A stretch of DNA of 64,000 nucleotides from the human T2T-CHM13v2.0 reference genome, Homo sapiens. Below the pieces are notes generated by a model. It saw only the letters and a program-made list of their open reading frames with translations. It was not told the origin of the DNA and did not search any database. Location of the stretch: the NCBI RefSeq assembly GCF_009914755.1, contig NC_060927.1; one strand, given 5' to 3'. Below are positions 1 through 19,877 of the stretch, piece by piece. How positions within the stretch are numbered: position 1 is the stretch's first letter; each line of letters opens with the position of its first letter. The translations under genes and the position numbers were made by a program.

Positions 1-790
1 AATTTTGGACTTACAGAGATGTTGCAAAAATCATATGGCATTTTTGTATACCCTTTGCGCAACTTCCCCTAAGGTTAACATCTTACATAAAAGTAGTTAT
101 TCAAATGAAGAAATTTATATGGACAAAATACAACTACCTCAATCTACAGACCTTGTTTTCAGTTTTCCCACTAATAGCTTTTTTTTCTGGTCCAAGATCC
201 AAACCGGGATCCCATGTTGCATTTGACTATTATATCTCCTTTAATCTATCATACTTTTTAAAAGTCCAAGCCAGTTATTTTCAAAATGTCCCTAGTATTT
301 CCTAGATTGGGGTCATGTGCACTTTTGGTAAGAATAACACAGAGGTGATGTTGTACCTTCTCAATGCATCATATTTGGTGGTACATGTTTTTATGTCTTT
401 ATTACTGGTGGTATTAACCATGATCACTTGGTTGCGGTGGTGTCCACTAGTTTTCTCCTCTGTAAAATAACTGTTTTCTCTTTGTAAAAAAATAAGTATT
501 CTACAGGGAGATACTTTGAGACTATTCACATATCCTGTTTTTCATCATAGTTTCACCTAACATTAGTGTACATCAATGGTTCTGACCTGCAACAATCATT
601 ACTATGATGTTTGCTCAATGGTGATCTTTCATTTCCCTCATTATTCTACATTTATTAGTTAGAAGTCTATTTTAAGGAAGAGCTTTTACTCACCCCACCC
701 CATGTATTTGTTCATCCTATTATTTATATCAACACGAATCATGTATATTTATGTTATTCTAAGGGTTGAAATCCAATACTATCAACATCA
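1..790 (-). mobile_element. Old L1 (L1MC/L1MD-like) 3' region fragment
   Basis: Resembles the antisense L1M 3' end (ttacaga..gttgcaaaaat...ccc..ttcccct..gttaacatcttaca). Confidence 0.6.
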
Positions 791-809
791 CAGATTTTTA
801 ATCCTGATA

Positions 810-935
810 ATAATTCTGATATTATCTCCGTTTTACAGATTAGAAAAACGAGGCAAGGAGAGGTTAAAAAACCCTGCTTGAGGGCACTCAGCTAGTCAGT
901 AGCAAAGATGCAAAAGCCAGTTCCACTGACTTACA
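810..935 (-). mobile_element. MIR
   Basis: MIR core ttttacagat..aaaacgaggc..agaggttaa. Confidence 0.6.
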
Positions 936-2994
936 AGTAAGCAAATGACCCAGCCTCTAGGGTAAACAAACTGATGTCATCATCAATCAGCAAAAAAGCA
1001 GAATGTGATCTAACAATGAAGGAGACCCGTATTAGGACAGAAGGGGAGAGAAAAATATCTGAAGCCCTTCATTTTAACAACCAAAGTTACTTAGTCCAAA
1101 ATTACTGGCCATCTTCCCAGACAAGCACCATTAAAGGTAGAGCTCCCCATCCCACAGTGGCCATAACGTAACAGCGCCTACCAAACGCGCTTCATGAGGA
1201 CAAGATGTAATTTTACCAAAACACGAAGTGCTGACTGCCAACAGCAATAAACAGCAGCATTCGTGATCTAAATGAAGCTTTTAAAATTAAGCTTTTTCAG
1301 AAGTTACTCAACTTTAATAAGACTTCATTCACTTTCCCAACTACTAAATCTGCTTTGGTTTGCAATTTTTTTTTAGCTGTTTAAATGGTCAAGGTCCTTA
1401 CTTTGTGTGTCTGTTTGGTGGGAATGATTTTAATTCAAACAAACAACACTGTCTCCAAGGGAGCATGTTTTATATTCTCACTATTACACCTGGCTTTCCC
1501 TATGGTTTTCAAAATCATTGACAAAATTCGTAATTATTATTTTAATGTAAAAGGTGCTCAGGGTCTGATGTATCTGAGCATGCTGAGCTTCAAGACTTTG
1601 TCTTGATTACACTTTAAATGAACTGGTATGAGTTTGCAGTTTCTTTAAAAATGAACCATGCAAGCTTTTTCACGGAAGGTATTTCTGACTCCTCCTTTGA
1701 GATGAACCTTTAAAACAAAATTCACAACCTGTCAACACATTACATATGTTAACCCTTTCTGAGAATTTGCAATGCTCTCTCCTCACACCAGGTCCTTGCA
1801 CCTATTACCAGAAATGCTGGTCTCAAAGAATGACTAAATATAGTCGTATCTCTCTCTACTGCATTCCCATGCTCTCATCCACAGTGCCCTTCCAGAAGCT
1901 CATGGGGCTTCAAACAGAAGATGGCTTTTATTATGAGCTGAAAGAAAACTAGTCAATGCAACTATGAATTGCCTGGTATTCCACATTCTCCCTTCACGCA
2001 AATGTTTGGCTATACGTGGTTTTAGCAAAATAATTTGAAATGACTAGTAAATGGGTTTTCTCTTCTAAGCACGCACTACTAACAAATTGAGCATTCTTGC
2101 TCTCATAGGTAAGACATAAAGTGAAATGATCCACACAAAATACAAAGCACCTTAAAATAGCAAATAAAGAGCAATCTTCCACAATCTGATGGTAGGCGCT
2201 GAATGCTCAGCCATCACAACCTGCCTCATTTAGTAGACAAAAAAGTATCTTCCTTTCACAAAAGTATCTTTGAGGTCCATAGGCTCAGGCAGGCCTCACA
2301 AGATAACCCAACAAGAAGGGAAGAACAGCTCTTCCCCAAGAAGACTTGCAAGCTTACAATAACGATGACGACGGTAGCAGGGTTTAATAGTTGCTGACAA
2401 CTTATTAAGTACCTGGCACTGTTCTAAGCTCTACACATGTCTTTCTCTACTAATTTTCAAAATGAACTTAAGAAGCAACACTGTCACTATCTGCATGTAC
2501 ATTTGCAGAGTCTAAAGCACTCTTCATAGGTATCTTGTGAGGTAACTTGCCCAGTGTCACTCAGCTGATCAAGGGCAGGCCAGGAATTGAACTCTGGCAG
2601 TCTGGTTACAGGCCCTGGATGCTTAGCCTCCACCTATCATGCCGTCACACCACTTACCTCCCCTCCAAGAATGATGGATGCAGGGAAGGAGGACCCGAGA
2701 GCCTACGCCCTTGTTCCCTCAGCCCTCCCAGCAGCCTCTGGCAGAAGTCCCAGCCCCATACCTCCTGGCTTTGCCAGAAGTTGAAGTCAGGGACTTGTGT
2801 CCAAATCACCATTTTCCTACTTGACCAACAAATGTTCACAGACAAGACTTCCTCGCCACTGCACTCCCCAAAAAGAATCTCTTCCTGGAAGACTGAAAAG
2901 AACTCAAATGCATCAACGATAAAAGTCTAGATGGCCATTCTTCATGGTCTTGCACTTACTTACCTTCTTTTAGCTGAGAGCCAAACAGAAAGTG

Positions 2995-3908
<914 letters not shown>

Positions 3909-3987
3909 GATTCACTCTGCATGCTGTGTTGGAGGATATATGGTGGGTGTCAAGGGCACAAGTAGAGACTGCTAAAATGCAAGATGA

Positions 3988-4246
3988 GGGCAGGGCATGG
4001 TGGCTCATGCCTGTAATCCTAGCACTTTGGGAGGCCAAGGCTGGTTTATCATTTGAGTTCAAGACCACATCTCTACAAAAAAAAAAAAAAAATTAGCGGG
4101 GCACGGTGGCACGTGCCTGTGGTCCCAACTACTTAGGAGGCTGAGGTGGGAGGATCACTTGAGTCCAGAAGTTCGAGGCTGCAGTGAGCTATGATTGGGC
4201 CACGGCACTCCAGTCTGGATGACTGAGCAAGACCCCATCTCTAAAA
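3988..4246 (+). mobile_element. AluJ (internally deleted)
   Basis: Alu arms with J-type right arm (ggaggatcacttgag, gaggctgcagtgagctatgat). Confidence 0.9.
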
Positions 4247-5559
4247 AGAATTTTTCTTTTAAACAAAGGTAAGATCATGGTGTTATGGAGCAGAACAATG
4301 AAGGTAGAGGTAACAAGACATGATGTGGCCAAATTTAGAACCAAACTCCTCTAGGAAAGGAAGAGGCACTGAAGACTACACATAAGAAATAAGAAATTAC
4401 TTACAAATAGGAAAGTGTTTTAAGAATTGGACAGATGTTGGGCCATGATATAATGACTTATTAATAACTTCAACTTATGTATAAAGAATAACAGAGAATT
4501 CAGGGGAAAAGAGTGATATAACATGAAGAACGTGCCACAGACACTACTTCTATCCCGATTTTGTAACTGAGCAGCTAGCTACAATGACCCTGAGTTTCAC
4601 CCAGAATCAGTTACCTGGAATCAGGTACCTTGGAGAGCAAAGAGCCACAATTCTGTACTCACCCAGCATATCATCAAGACTAAGATCATCCCCATTTTAC
4701 TCCTGTCATCCCAGCAGGTTTGACAGGAGGTTGGAGGGAAAGGGGGAGAAAGGACGAGGCAAGCGCAGGCATTTCACAGTGACCATCCAGGCCTGGGGCA
4801 AGGCAAGGAGAGGTGATGGCCAGGAAAGGCTCACACTGACACTGAGGTCTTGTCAGGTGTCATGTTGGGAGACTGAGGTCCCCAAATGTAGCCAGTTGCC
4901 TTGGCAACAGTATCTCTATCCAAGGTGATAAATTACCCTGCTGTCTAACAAATTCAGTTCATTTCTTAAACAATCAGTGTCCTGGAAATAATATGAGAAC
5001 AAGCAAATACCAACCAGTGGACTGAGAGGGCAAATCAATCACTAGGCTTGCTCTGAAGTCCCCAGGCTGGGGGAAATGCAGGAGCCTGGGGCTGGGAGAG
5101 AGGGTTCTGAAAAAAGCTACTGTATTCCAAATTTCAAATTAAATAGAAAGAAAATAGAATAATTAAAAGACACTTGAAAACAATTCTACATTCCTTTCCG
5201 ATATTCCTAACTAAATTCATCACATTATTCTGTATCCCTCTCTTCGCTTTACTTCATAAAACCTGACATTTATTAATCATTTGATTTCTGTTCCTGTCTG
5301 TTCCACTAGAATTTAAACTTTTCAACAGCAAAGGCTTTGTCTCTGTTTCATTTCCCACTGTACTCCCAGAACTGGAATCTTGCCCAGAATATCATACACA
5401 TGCAATAATATTTATCAAAGGAATCAATTAATACCTCTTCTGGACTTCGTAAAACTCTTAATCAAGTAATATACCTGTAATATATAAACACATACATCCA
5501 TATGTACTCCATGCTTGAGGTAAACAAAGCATTTTCAGCAAAAGTAAGACTAAGCCAAG

Positions 5560-7480
<1,921 letters not shown>

Positions 7481-8517
7481 AGTGTCGAGTGCTAAGTTTC
7501 CAGGTGTCGAGGAGGTCAATGAGGACAAAAACCCAAACCGAAACTAACCACTGAGCCCTCATGTACTCACTGTGAGCCTATAAGCAAGAGTCAAAACAGG
7601 AAAAAGGCGCCTTCTCCTGCAGTATTCCGCTACTCCCCAGAAAGGGGCTCAGATGTAGCCTGTGGATGGCAGTGCAGGATCACTGCAGAGGGGTTGGGGT
7701 GTGGGGGATGCTGGGGGTGGGCAAGGACTGAGGACTGGGTCAGAGTAAAATGTTTTCAAGCCCCCTCCCCTCACAAGAAGACCTCAGCAGAGGTGCCTGG
7801 GAAGGGCGGGGCCCTTTGATGAGGAAGCCTCCACCCGGAGAGGCCTGGGCTCAGAACTCGCAGGACTCCTTGACTCTAACACCCTCCGACTGTGCCCCAT
7901 GTGCGGCGCAGGGAGGACGGCTTTCCCCATGAGGCCTGCAGGTAAAGCCTTTGTAATTGCCTGGGGTGGGACCTAAAGATCACAGGGAGGGTTCTGGCCT
8001 GGAGCCTGTGCCTCAAAGAAAGGAGTGTTGAAGTATGTGATGGTGCATCCATAGAAAATAACACTTTACAGACAGGAAAAAGAAACAGTTCCTAAATGTC
8101 TTGCTACAGAGCTATTTCCATGTGAAAGCAACACAGTTCATAACAGGATATATCAAGTCCATAACAATGTAATATACCACAGTTGGTGTTTTTAAAAACA
8201 AGACCATTAAAAAAAAGAATATGCATATATAGGCAAGTACACATTAACAAATATGTGCCCATTCACGTATAGGACACACAAGACAGTGGTAACAGTAGTT
8301 GCCCATCAGAGTAGGATGCTGGGAGAGAGTAGTCAGAGAGGTCTTTGTGGACAAATGGCCCATAGGTATCTCTACAGATTTACGTGTGTCTTCTAAATCT
8401 GGCCTAGATTATACTTATTAATAATTCAAAGTCTAATTTGTTTAAAGAAATAGAGTTATCACAGAAGTTACATCTGAACCAATAAATAACTCCAAATCTC
8501 ACCTGGCCAAGTTATTA

Positions 8518-8839
8518 TTTTTATTTTTTAAATTTATTTATTTATTTATTTTGAGACAGAGTCTTGCTCTTGTTGCCCAGGCTGGAGTGCAGTGTCGCGA
8601 TCTCGGCTCACTGCAACCTCCGCCTGCCTCCCAGGTTCAAGCAATTCTCCTGCCTCAGCCTCCTGAATAGCTGGGATTACAGGCGCCTGCCACCATGCCC
8701 AGCTAATTTTTGTACTTTTAGTAGTGACGGGATTTTGCATTGTTGACCAGGCTGGTCTCAAACTCCTGACCTCAGGTGATCCCCCTGCCTCAGCCTCCTG
8801 AAGTGCTGGGATTACAGGCGTAAGCCACCGCGCCTGGCC
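8518..8839 (-). mobile_element. AluS
   Basis: Reverse Alu dimer with TSD about ctggcca(a/g)gtt. Confidence 0.95.
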
Positions 8840-9220
8840 CTGGCCAGGTTATTATAACAGATAATTTAATACCTGGTTAACGTCCCCTAGGCAGGGTTAA
8901 AGGGCACCTTTCCCCACATCCAAATTTTGGTTCTGAAATTATCTCCATCAATATATTCAAACAAAGAATTTAAGACAACTGTGATATCTCACAAGTTGAT
9001 CTATGAATTCTTTTTAGAATCTCAAATGAAAGGCACTATGTAATTATGAAGTATTATCGCTGTGATTTATGAACCCAAATGTTAGGAAATTCTAAATAAC
9101 ATGCTTTACTGTGATGATTTTTCTGTCAGTGAGAAATCTTCACCACACCTTCTCATCTCCTGAATGTTAAGTTGATAGATGTTTATTCCAGAGGTATGCT
9201 GGAATCTCTACACAGTAGGC

Positions 9221-9231
9221 AAAAAAAAAAA

Positions 9232-9299
<68 letters not shown>

Positions 9300-9300
9300 A
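9221..9300 (+). repeat. A13-(GAAA)n microsatellite
   Basis: Seen directly. Confidence 0.97.
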
Positions 9301-10144
9301 CGAACTTCTCCAATAACATGTGAGAAGGACAATTATTTTTGTGTTAAAGATAAAATGTGTACTAAAATGATGTAGGTTCTATTTTTTGCTCAAAATATAG
9401 AACAGAAGTTTTTGTTTACTCCTATAATTCTTATTTTATCCCTTCTAGACAACCAGCATAAGTCACATATTATGTGTTTTACATCGAAATCTCTCCAATA
9501 TAAGAAATATAAGGAATCTCTCTGAAAATAAAAATACAGGAATGGTTCTTTGCAGACCTATTTTAAGACTGTTATCCTTGGACTGCAGAGAATAATCATC
9601 AAAGAATGAAAGTAGCTGGAGGAAAGAAAAACCTTCAGAAAGAAATCTTACAGTGTCTTTTCCATGGTGACATCAAGTTCTGATTTAGGGATGACCAAAG
9701 CATCTTTGAGTTGACAACCCAGCCTACTGTCTTCATTTTGCAGGTGGCAGCAAAGGTCAAATGGCTTGCCCAAGGGTCCCACAGGGAACAGCTCATGGCC
9801 TGAGACACAGCCCTAATCCCTCAGATGGCTCTCCACCCAGAATTGAAGCCTACACCAGTTACTCACTTATTAGCTCATGCAGAGGCAGTTTTGGTTTTTT
9901 TGTTTGTTTGTTTTGTCTATAAAATGACACATAGGAGAAAGTGTTCATGTAAGTTAAGGCTACAAAAATTAAAACTTCCTATTGTTGCCTTTAACACCAA
10001 CTATCATCCAGAAATTACATGTAAAGTAAAATATCTGTGGCTAATGCTGTGAGCACTACTCCTGCCCTGTCACTATCTAGAAATGGAGGCAAAATGGGGT
10101 AGGGGAGGGGATGAGGTGCATGTACCCATGCTTTGTGTGTGCCT

Positions 10145-10290
10145 TGTTAAGAGAGGGCTCCAGGGTGAGACTTCCCTGGCTCAAATTCCAGCCTGGCTGC
10201 TCCCACCTGCCATGAGCCTGAGCATGTGCCTTGGCCCTCTCTAAGCCCGGGTGTCCTCATCTGTACAGTGGGGATGAAATTTACTTCACG
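10145..10290 (+). mobile_element. MIR
   Basis: gttaagagagggct...tcctcatctgtacagtggggat. Confidence 0.6.
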
Positions 10291-10790
10291 GGGCAGATTC
10301 AGGGCAACATGTTGGCATTCCATAAGTATGAGCTTTCTTAGGCACGCATGTACATGCTGAGCTCTGCTGTCCACGTGAAGAACCACACAAAGCAGGAATA
10401 CACCGAGTGGACACACTGGGCCTCATCCCTGTCCACGGCTTAAACAAAGCTGAGCCAGAATCTCTGGGAAAGAGCCTGGCCCTGTCCACCAACCTATCCT
10501 TACAGCCTCTCTCCTCCTAGGGCAAACGTTAGTGGGGACAAGAGAGAACCCAGGGGCAGGGTGGAGTCTACTCCTGTGCCTGACAAGCTCCAACAGGACT
10601 ACCGCTACTTTCTTCAGCCACAGAGGGCCAGGCATCCCAACAGTGACAGCTGACCAGTTGCCTTCCATGCTGAAAGACAAACCCAAGAGCTTGGAGCACA
10701 TACGACAGCTCATTGTACTAAATCATAAACACAAAGTCGAAAATGGAAGACTAATCTCATGCTGTGACCTAAACGAATGTCAAAGAAGTC

Positions 10791-11220
10791 TGTACTGAGT
10801 TCACTCTGCAGTCCCTCAAAATTCAAGTCCACCGGAACCTGAGGACGTGACCTTCCTTGGAAATAGGACCTGTGGAGATGTAATTAGTTAAGATTTGGTC
10901 AGAGAGAACTGAGGTGGGCTCTAAATCCAGTAACTGGTGGCCTTTTAAGAGAAAAAAAGACAGAGACACCGATACGCAGGGAGAACGCCACGGGACACAG
11001 GTGCCCGAAGCTGGAGTGATGCGTCTATGAACCACAGAACAGCAAGGACTGCTGGTAATCACCAGAGGCTAGGACAGGCATGGAACACATTCTCCTTCAA
11101 GGTTTCTGGAAGGAACCAACTTTGCCAACACCTTGATTTCAGATTCTAGCCTCAATAACTGTGAGGAAATACATTTCTGTGGTTTAAGCCACCCAGCTGT
11201 AGTACTTGGTTGTACAGCGT
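10791..11220 (+). mobile_element. MaLR LTR (MLT1C-like)
   Basis: gtgaccttccttggaaatagg...gccaacaccttgatttcaga..aaatacatttctgtggtttaagccaccc. Confidence 0.8.
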
Positions 11221-11324
11221 ATTAATAGAGGATCCAAACCATGAAAGCAAAGGATTCAGAAAGGGATATGGGGCTATTTAGGCTACATTCATATACCTAA
11301 GGCACAAAAGTGGCTTATTCCATA

Positions 11325-11793
11325 GATTAAAGTTGGCCACGAATTCTTTGCTCTCTTGCCCCTGAGGATATGATATGCCCTTCTCGTGGATCTGGAAAGT
11401 TCTCTGTTCCGTAAGCCATAAAATATGGCAGAAGTGAGAGTGTGACAGTTTCTAGGCCCAGGTTTTAAGAAACTAGCAACTTCTGCTCTCTATCTCCGGA
11501 GCGCTTCTTAGAGTCCTGCATGACTGTAAGAATCTGAAGTGGCCACACTGGAATGTCTATGCAGAGAGGCCCTGAGACCACATGAACACAGAGAGATGCC
11601 CTGCCAGCCCCTGGCTTGCTCTTCCCGCCCCCCAATAATTCCACAGGAAACCCCAGACACCCAGGAGCAGAGACAAGTGGTCCTGCCACACCCAGACCAA
11701 ACTGCTGATTCGTAAGCAAAATAAATGACTCTTGTAGTTTTCAGCTGTTGAGTTTGGAGATGTTTTGTTTTACAGCAATAGATAATCAGGGCA
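11325..11793 (+). mobile_element. MaLR LTR (MLT1G/H-like)
   Basis: gttggccacgaattctttg start, and ttttacagcaatagataatcagggca end. Confidence 0.7.
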
Positions 11794-12977
11794 GCTTATG
11801 ACTCTCAGCCTTTAATATAAAAGTAGAAGCAAAATATGTTACACCTTTAAAAGGAAACATTAGAGAAAATTCAGATCAAAGCAATAAGAAATGTTAATGG
11901 TCCTGGCAGGGGGGCAGAGAGGTGGCCAGTTATGGAAACTATGGTATTTAACCTGAAACTTTAGAATGCCCAAGCATCTAATGGGGGTGGAAAGATGGGA
12001 ATGACCAAAGTGCCCTGCCTCTGCTGGAAGCCGAACAAGATGACTGGGTTCTAAATGAGGAAGAATCTCTGTTGTAGCTTGAAATACTAGAATGAGCCCC
12101 TGGCGGTGGCAGGAACCTAACACCCTCTGGAGACAAAACCAAGAATAAGATCACAAAACACAGGTGCCAAGGGGGGTTTGAGTGTCACAGACATGAACTC
12201 AGCCAACGTCTCTCTGCAGCCACTCACTCAATATCCAAAATACAATATGTTATTGTCTCGAGCCTTAGGGCACTTGTCGGAAGGCTCCTTGTATTAAATT
12301 GCCACATGAGATAAAAACAGGCAGAACAGCCTTTCATGTCACTGAACTGTGATAAAAAATAACTTGCCACTTAGCTTCCTTCCGCCTGCAAAGCATCAAA
12401 GGCACCTAAGACATGAATTTTCTGTGAGCCAGAGAGGGGCAAGATAGACAGATGTTCAGCAATACTCTAATCGTCAGGAGGAAAGGTTTGAAAGGTATAA
12501 AAAGTCAGTCTGCCCCAGTTGCTGAATCCAGGAGTGACTCTTCCAGGGGTCCCAGTGACTTGTGGAGCCCAGAGGGGGTAGGTCTACGTGGAGGGATGAT
12601 CAGCCCACTGTGGCCTTGCCCTCTGGTGAATTCCTATGACAACTGTAACACCATGTAACTTTCATGTCAGTTTAACCAACCGCCTAGATCATCAAGGCCC
12701 TGGACAAGAGCTAGGCTGCAAACATCACTCCATCCACTATGTCAGAGACAAGCTCTGGCCCCACAGTGTGTGTGCAAGAACCAAGCCTGCTTGACAGGTG
12801 ATAGTCAGGCTCCCTTCACTTTCCAGAAACAAGCTCAGGGACCTCAGGGGACAGATACAGATACGTGCATTAAAATTACACAGGGGAACAAGACAGTCCA
12901 GGATGCTTGTGATGGGTAATTTCATGTGTCAACTTAGCTGGGCACAGTGTCCAGATATTTGGTCAAACATTAATCTG

Positions 12978-14569
<1,592 letters not shown>

Positions 14570-15699
14570 TTAGTATTTACATTGGTGGCCTCTGAATAAA
14601 GCAGATTGCCCTCTGTAATGTGGGTGGGCCGCTCCAGTCCATTGAAGGCCTCAATGGAACAAAAGACTGACCTCCTCTTGAGCAAGAAGCAATTATGATG
14701 GCAGTCATCTTCACACTTGAACTGCAATATTGGCTCTTCCCTCATCTCCGGCCTGATGGCCCACCCTGCAGATTTTGAAGTTGCCAGCCTCCCAAATTCC
14801 GCGAACCAATTCCTTAAAATAAACTTCTCTCTCTGTGTGCACGCGTGAGTATGTATATGTATACAGGCACATGCACATACACATCCTACTGGTTCCATCT
14901 CTCCGAAGAACCCTGACTAGCACAGCACCATAGCAGTTCTCATGGCCTCCTCTCACACAGGAGCCCAGCGGTCTGTGACTTAGCTGCTTACCCTCTAACT
15001 GCTAGCAGCAATCAACTTCTCCACTAACCGCTTCTCCAGCTCTTGGCCTCTGCTCGCTGTTTTGTTCAGTCTCTACATGCTCCCCACTCCTACTCCAAAA
15101 GGGGCCAATGACCTCATTCTAACCCAGTGGCCCTCCTGAGTGGACTTCCCACTGGAGACCACCTCAAAGTCCAAAGGGCTTCAAGGACAAGGCAGTGACA
15201 AGCTGGTCTCATCACCTTTGGTCAGGTTAGAGGAATCACAAGGTACAAAACTCACTGAACTGGTCATTACTGGCCTCCCCCCACTCCACCACCACCCCTA
15301 CCGCTTTCTTTAAAAATCACTAGTGAGTAGGGTAGGAGGTGTTCAGAGACTTCTGAGACACTGCCGTGTTACTGGCAGGCACTTTCAGGCAAAATACAGA
15401 CTCCCACATTCTACCAAGAGCACGGTTGCTAAGATTGCCACTTTCAGGGAAGGACAGATAGGACACATCTACTTAGGGTGTGGGACAAGGAGAATGTCTC
15501 CTCACCTTCACACAAACCTTTGTTAGAGCTAGGGATGCAGCTCCCACATTAAGGGGTAGGATGGACAGGAGAACTTTTTCAGAGGCTCCCCCGCTGATAC
15601 CCACCTCTCCCATTCTGGCCTACCCAGGCTGACAAACTAGAAGGGTGACGATGGCAGCTTTGAGGTTCTCCCCTCTCTGAGACCTCAGTTTGACACATC

Positions 15700-15880
15700 T
15701 GGGAATCTCTGATCATTTGCCTGAGCACCTACTTTGTGCTACACTCTGCCGGGCACTTTTACTTCTATCATTCATCAAGGTAAGAAGTTGTGATATTTCC
15801 ACTTTACATACGAGAGATGTAATGTGACTTGCCCAAGGACTGGAACTGAGGTCGCTGCTCTTTCTACTGAATAGTGCTGT
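15700..15880 (-). mobile_element. MIR
   Basis: tgagcacctactttgtgct...gtgacttgcccaagg. Confidence 0.6.
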
Positions 15881-16129
15881 GTTCTGGTGACTCATCCAAG
15901 TGAATAAATTCATCGAGTCCTCATTGGGGTACTGCACAGGCCAGGGGCCACGTAGGAGTGAGGCATACAGAGATCAAGAGTCTCAGCCATACTTCTAGGA
16001 GGGCGAGACAGCCATGGCCTTGGCAGCCACTGCCGCCCCAGCTCCCTGCACAAGAATTGGCACCTGGTATGATAGTTGGCGGTCAAATTCCCTGGGCCAG
16101 AATCAACCACTTCACACGCGTGTGACTTC

Positions 16130-16473
16130 TCATGATGGTCTTTTTTGCTGTATCAACTTGGAGAAGCTACAGTTCCCAGTTTCTGAGAGGTATTTTGTAG
16201 ATGTGGATAAAGTTCATTATTAGTTGTCTTTAAGTAAGAGAGATTACAGAGATCATCTGGATGGGATAGATTCAACAGAAAGGTCTAAAGAGTAGAGCCA
16301 AGGCTTCCTTAAGGAAGAAATTCCATCTGTAGATGGCCACTTCTGTGTCTGCTCCATGGATCCTGGACCTGCCTGAATAGCCCCCACAATCATATAAGCC
16401 AACTCCCCCTAATAAATCTCTTAATGTAGATCTCCTATGGTTCTGTTTCTCTGGTTGAACCCTAGCTAGTACA
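16130..16473 (+). mobile_element. MLT2-like LTR
   Basis: aataaatctc..ggttctgtttctctggttgaaccctagctagtaca terminus. Confidence 0.7.
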
Positions 16474-16717
16474 CCTCTCTTTGCCTTAACCTCTTTATGC
16501 CTCAGTTTCTTGTCTTAATATAGGGAAAATAATAGTATCTACCTCACAGAGTTGACTTGAGGATAGCACAAGGAAAGTATTGAGCCCAGGTACTTGGTAA
16601 GATCCTAACAAGTATGAAATATTATTATTCATGTAGTAATAGCTATTATTATTAATAAAGTCATGCCCTTAAGAAAGAAGGTTATGGACTAATGGGGATA
16701 TTAAAAAAAATAATTAC

Positions 16718-17071
<354 letters not shown>

Positions 17072-19031
17072 CTAGGAAAAGAAGTACCTAAGTGTGCCCA
17101 GGACACAGTGAGAAGCCGCTGTAAGTGTACAATGCAGTTGGCCCAAGTTCCCCCTTGCTTCTGCTTTGGGACTTTAACTCCTAAGGAGATGGTGCAAGGT
17201 GAGAAACTCCTTCCTCTCAAAGGCTTTTTAAACCTAATCTATAGAGAAGTATCTCCCAGTGGTTATAATCCTTTCAGTGGGAAATCACTCATTTACTCAA
17301 ATTTTTGCTGAGCATCTTTCAAGTGCTAGGTGCTGTGCTAAGGGCTTGGGAATAAACAGGTTAAACCAAAAACACCTTTAGATGGAGGAAGACAAGGGGT
17401 CAGACAATAAACACATAAACAAATACCTAATTTCCAGGTGTAACATGTAAATGAACAAAAAGAGCCTGGTGAGAGAATAAACTGAGAGTTTATTCTCCTA
17501 CCTCCCCCACCCCACCCAGCCATGCCGTGCTCCCAGCAGGTTGAGACCACAACAGAGCATTCTCCTGCCAGGGCAGCAGTTGGACAATGAGTTGAGGATT
17601 GGTGGGGGACATATCTCGGTGTTGGGCTTTTGTTGTTGTTCACCTGAGATGCCCTTAGTGGACAACCAAATCCAATGACTCTCAAACTGTGTTCTCAAAG
17701 GATCCCATGGTGTTCCACAGACCACACAAATGTTTGTTTCAAAGTTCACAGATGCAGAGGCTGATAAGGGATTGTAGGGGTGCTCATAAGTTCTCATTCT
17801 CACTATTCCAGCCAACCTGCTTCACTATCAACAAATGCCCCTTTTACCTTCTAAAGTAAATCTGCTCTCATAAAACACCAACTTCACCTGTTCTTACACA
17901 GTAAGTATCTAATATTTTTACTCACAAACAACCCACTCTATTGCTTTAAAAACATTTGGAAATGACTGCTATTAACTAATTCCACATTAACATTTTTTGA
18001 AAACCGATGTTTGAAACTGACTTATTTTCAGAGATGGCAAATTGCTACTAAAAATACATTTTATGGTTACTTGTCATCATCTATCCAAAAAGTACACAGG
18101 AAAATTAATTAAGGACCTTTTAAAAACTAATCACTCTGTTCACACAAAGGGTAAATTCACTTTATACCCTAAATGTGGTTTCCCTGGTGATGGGATTGTC
18201 TGTATTCAATTCTGCCAGTACAGATCACTACCTTAAAATTGATCAGCTAATAAAATTTGTTAGGGTGACAGTTTACAGTTACTGCTTCCATAACAAAGGC
18301 TGTACATGAATTTCTAACCAGGTATTTACTCCATCCACATGAACCAAGATCACACCAAATCATCCTGAAAGGAGAGAATACTGAGTTAATATCCATTTAT
18401 AAAGATGGGAACTTCATTAAAGGGTCTTCCGTATGTGTGTGTAGTAAGTAAATATAACATTGCAATTACATGAAGAAACATATAAATTCACATAGGTGAG
18501 ATGACATAAACACACATCTCCCTCCACATATCAGACTCTGTAAAAGGTTTATTTAAAATCATATTAAATTACACAGCCTCAACCCAGTTAATCTATCCAG
18601 TAAACCAGTGCAGCAAACAGCTTTCCTCTGTCAGGAGAGTGTGTACCTGGAAGCAAAAGTCAACAATGAAAAAATGTTTCAAAGAAGGATAATTCCTATT
18701 TGTTTATAAATTTTCACTGGATGCTTAACTAAATCTCTATTTGTGCTTCACACACACCCAATATTCAACAGCACCACCTTTTCCCTCATCATGCTACGAA
18801 TCCAAAGCCTCCCTACTGAATTAAGTGTTGTTTTTTAAGTCTCAAATGTCACAACTGAAAAAAAGTATTCAGTATAAACATGTATTAGGGTTGCATTTCT
18901 TCAGAAAACATCTAGCAAGGAAGAATTTTATTAAAATCACATTGTACTTGTACCAATTGAACTTGTGTCTATTGAAGTAAGTGTGAGCTGCGTTAAAAAC
19001 TATTGTAATAACTAGACATAGAAAAGTTAAA

Positions 19032-19313
19032 GGCCAGGTGCAGTGGCTCACCCCGTAATCCCAGCACTTCGGGAGGCCAAAGCAGGAGAATCACTTGAGG
19101 CCAGGAGTTCGACACCAGCCTGCACAACATAGCAAGACCCCATATTTACAAAAAACTTTAAAAAAAATTAGCCAGGTATAGTGGCATATGCCTATACTCC
19201 TAGCTACTCAGGAGGCTAAGGCAGGAGGATTGCTTAAGCCCAGGAGTTGGAGGTTGCAATGAGTCATGATTGATCTGCTATACTCCAGCCTCCAACAGAG
19301 TGAGACCCCCAAC

Positions 19314-19345
<32 letters not shown>
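19032..19345 (+). mobile_element. AluJ
   Basis: Full dimer, long A tail, TSD aaaagttaaa. Confidence 0.93.
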
Positions 19346-19348
<3 letters not shown>

Positions 19349-19877
19349 AAAATAGAAAAAAAATACAATACAATAAATACCATACATTTCAATCATCATA
19401 TGCTTAAATAACTGAGAGGATCAAATTAATTTTTTAAAATATACTAGATTTCATTTATAAAACAATTCAAGTGGCACATTAATAGGCTTACACTATCATC
19501 ACTTTTCCCCATGGTCACATAGTCATCTAGATGTACACTCACCAAATGCTATCAGTCAGAGAACATTAAATGAGTACCTGACAACCCTCAACCAATTGCC
19601 AGGTCTCCTCTCTGACATACAATCCACATAGTTACCTAAGCAACCCTTGAATACCTCCATATGCCATTTTAAAAGAGCCCTAACAGCTAGAGAACGAGTC
19701 CTTAATTCAATTTGTTCATCAGTATGCCTAGTGATTGTGCAAGGGCTGAAAGATGCAAAGATGAATAAGATGTGACCTTTCACATAGGTATCTGTGGTCT
19801 GGCACATAGAAGGTGCTCAATTACTACCTGCAGAATGAAGGTAGGAGTGGGTGAGTAAGCAAGCTCACAGTCTAGGG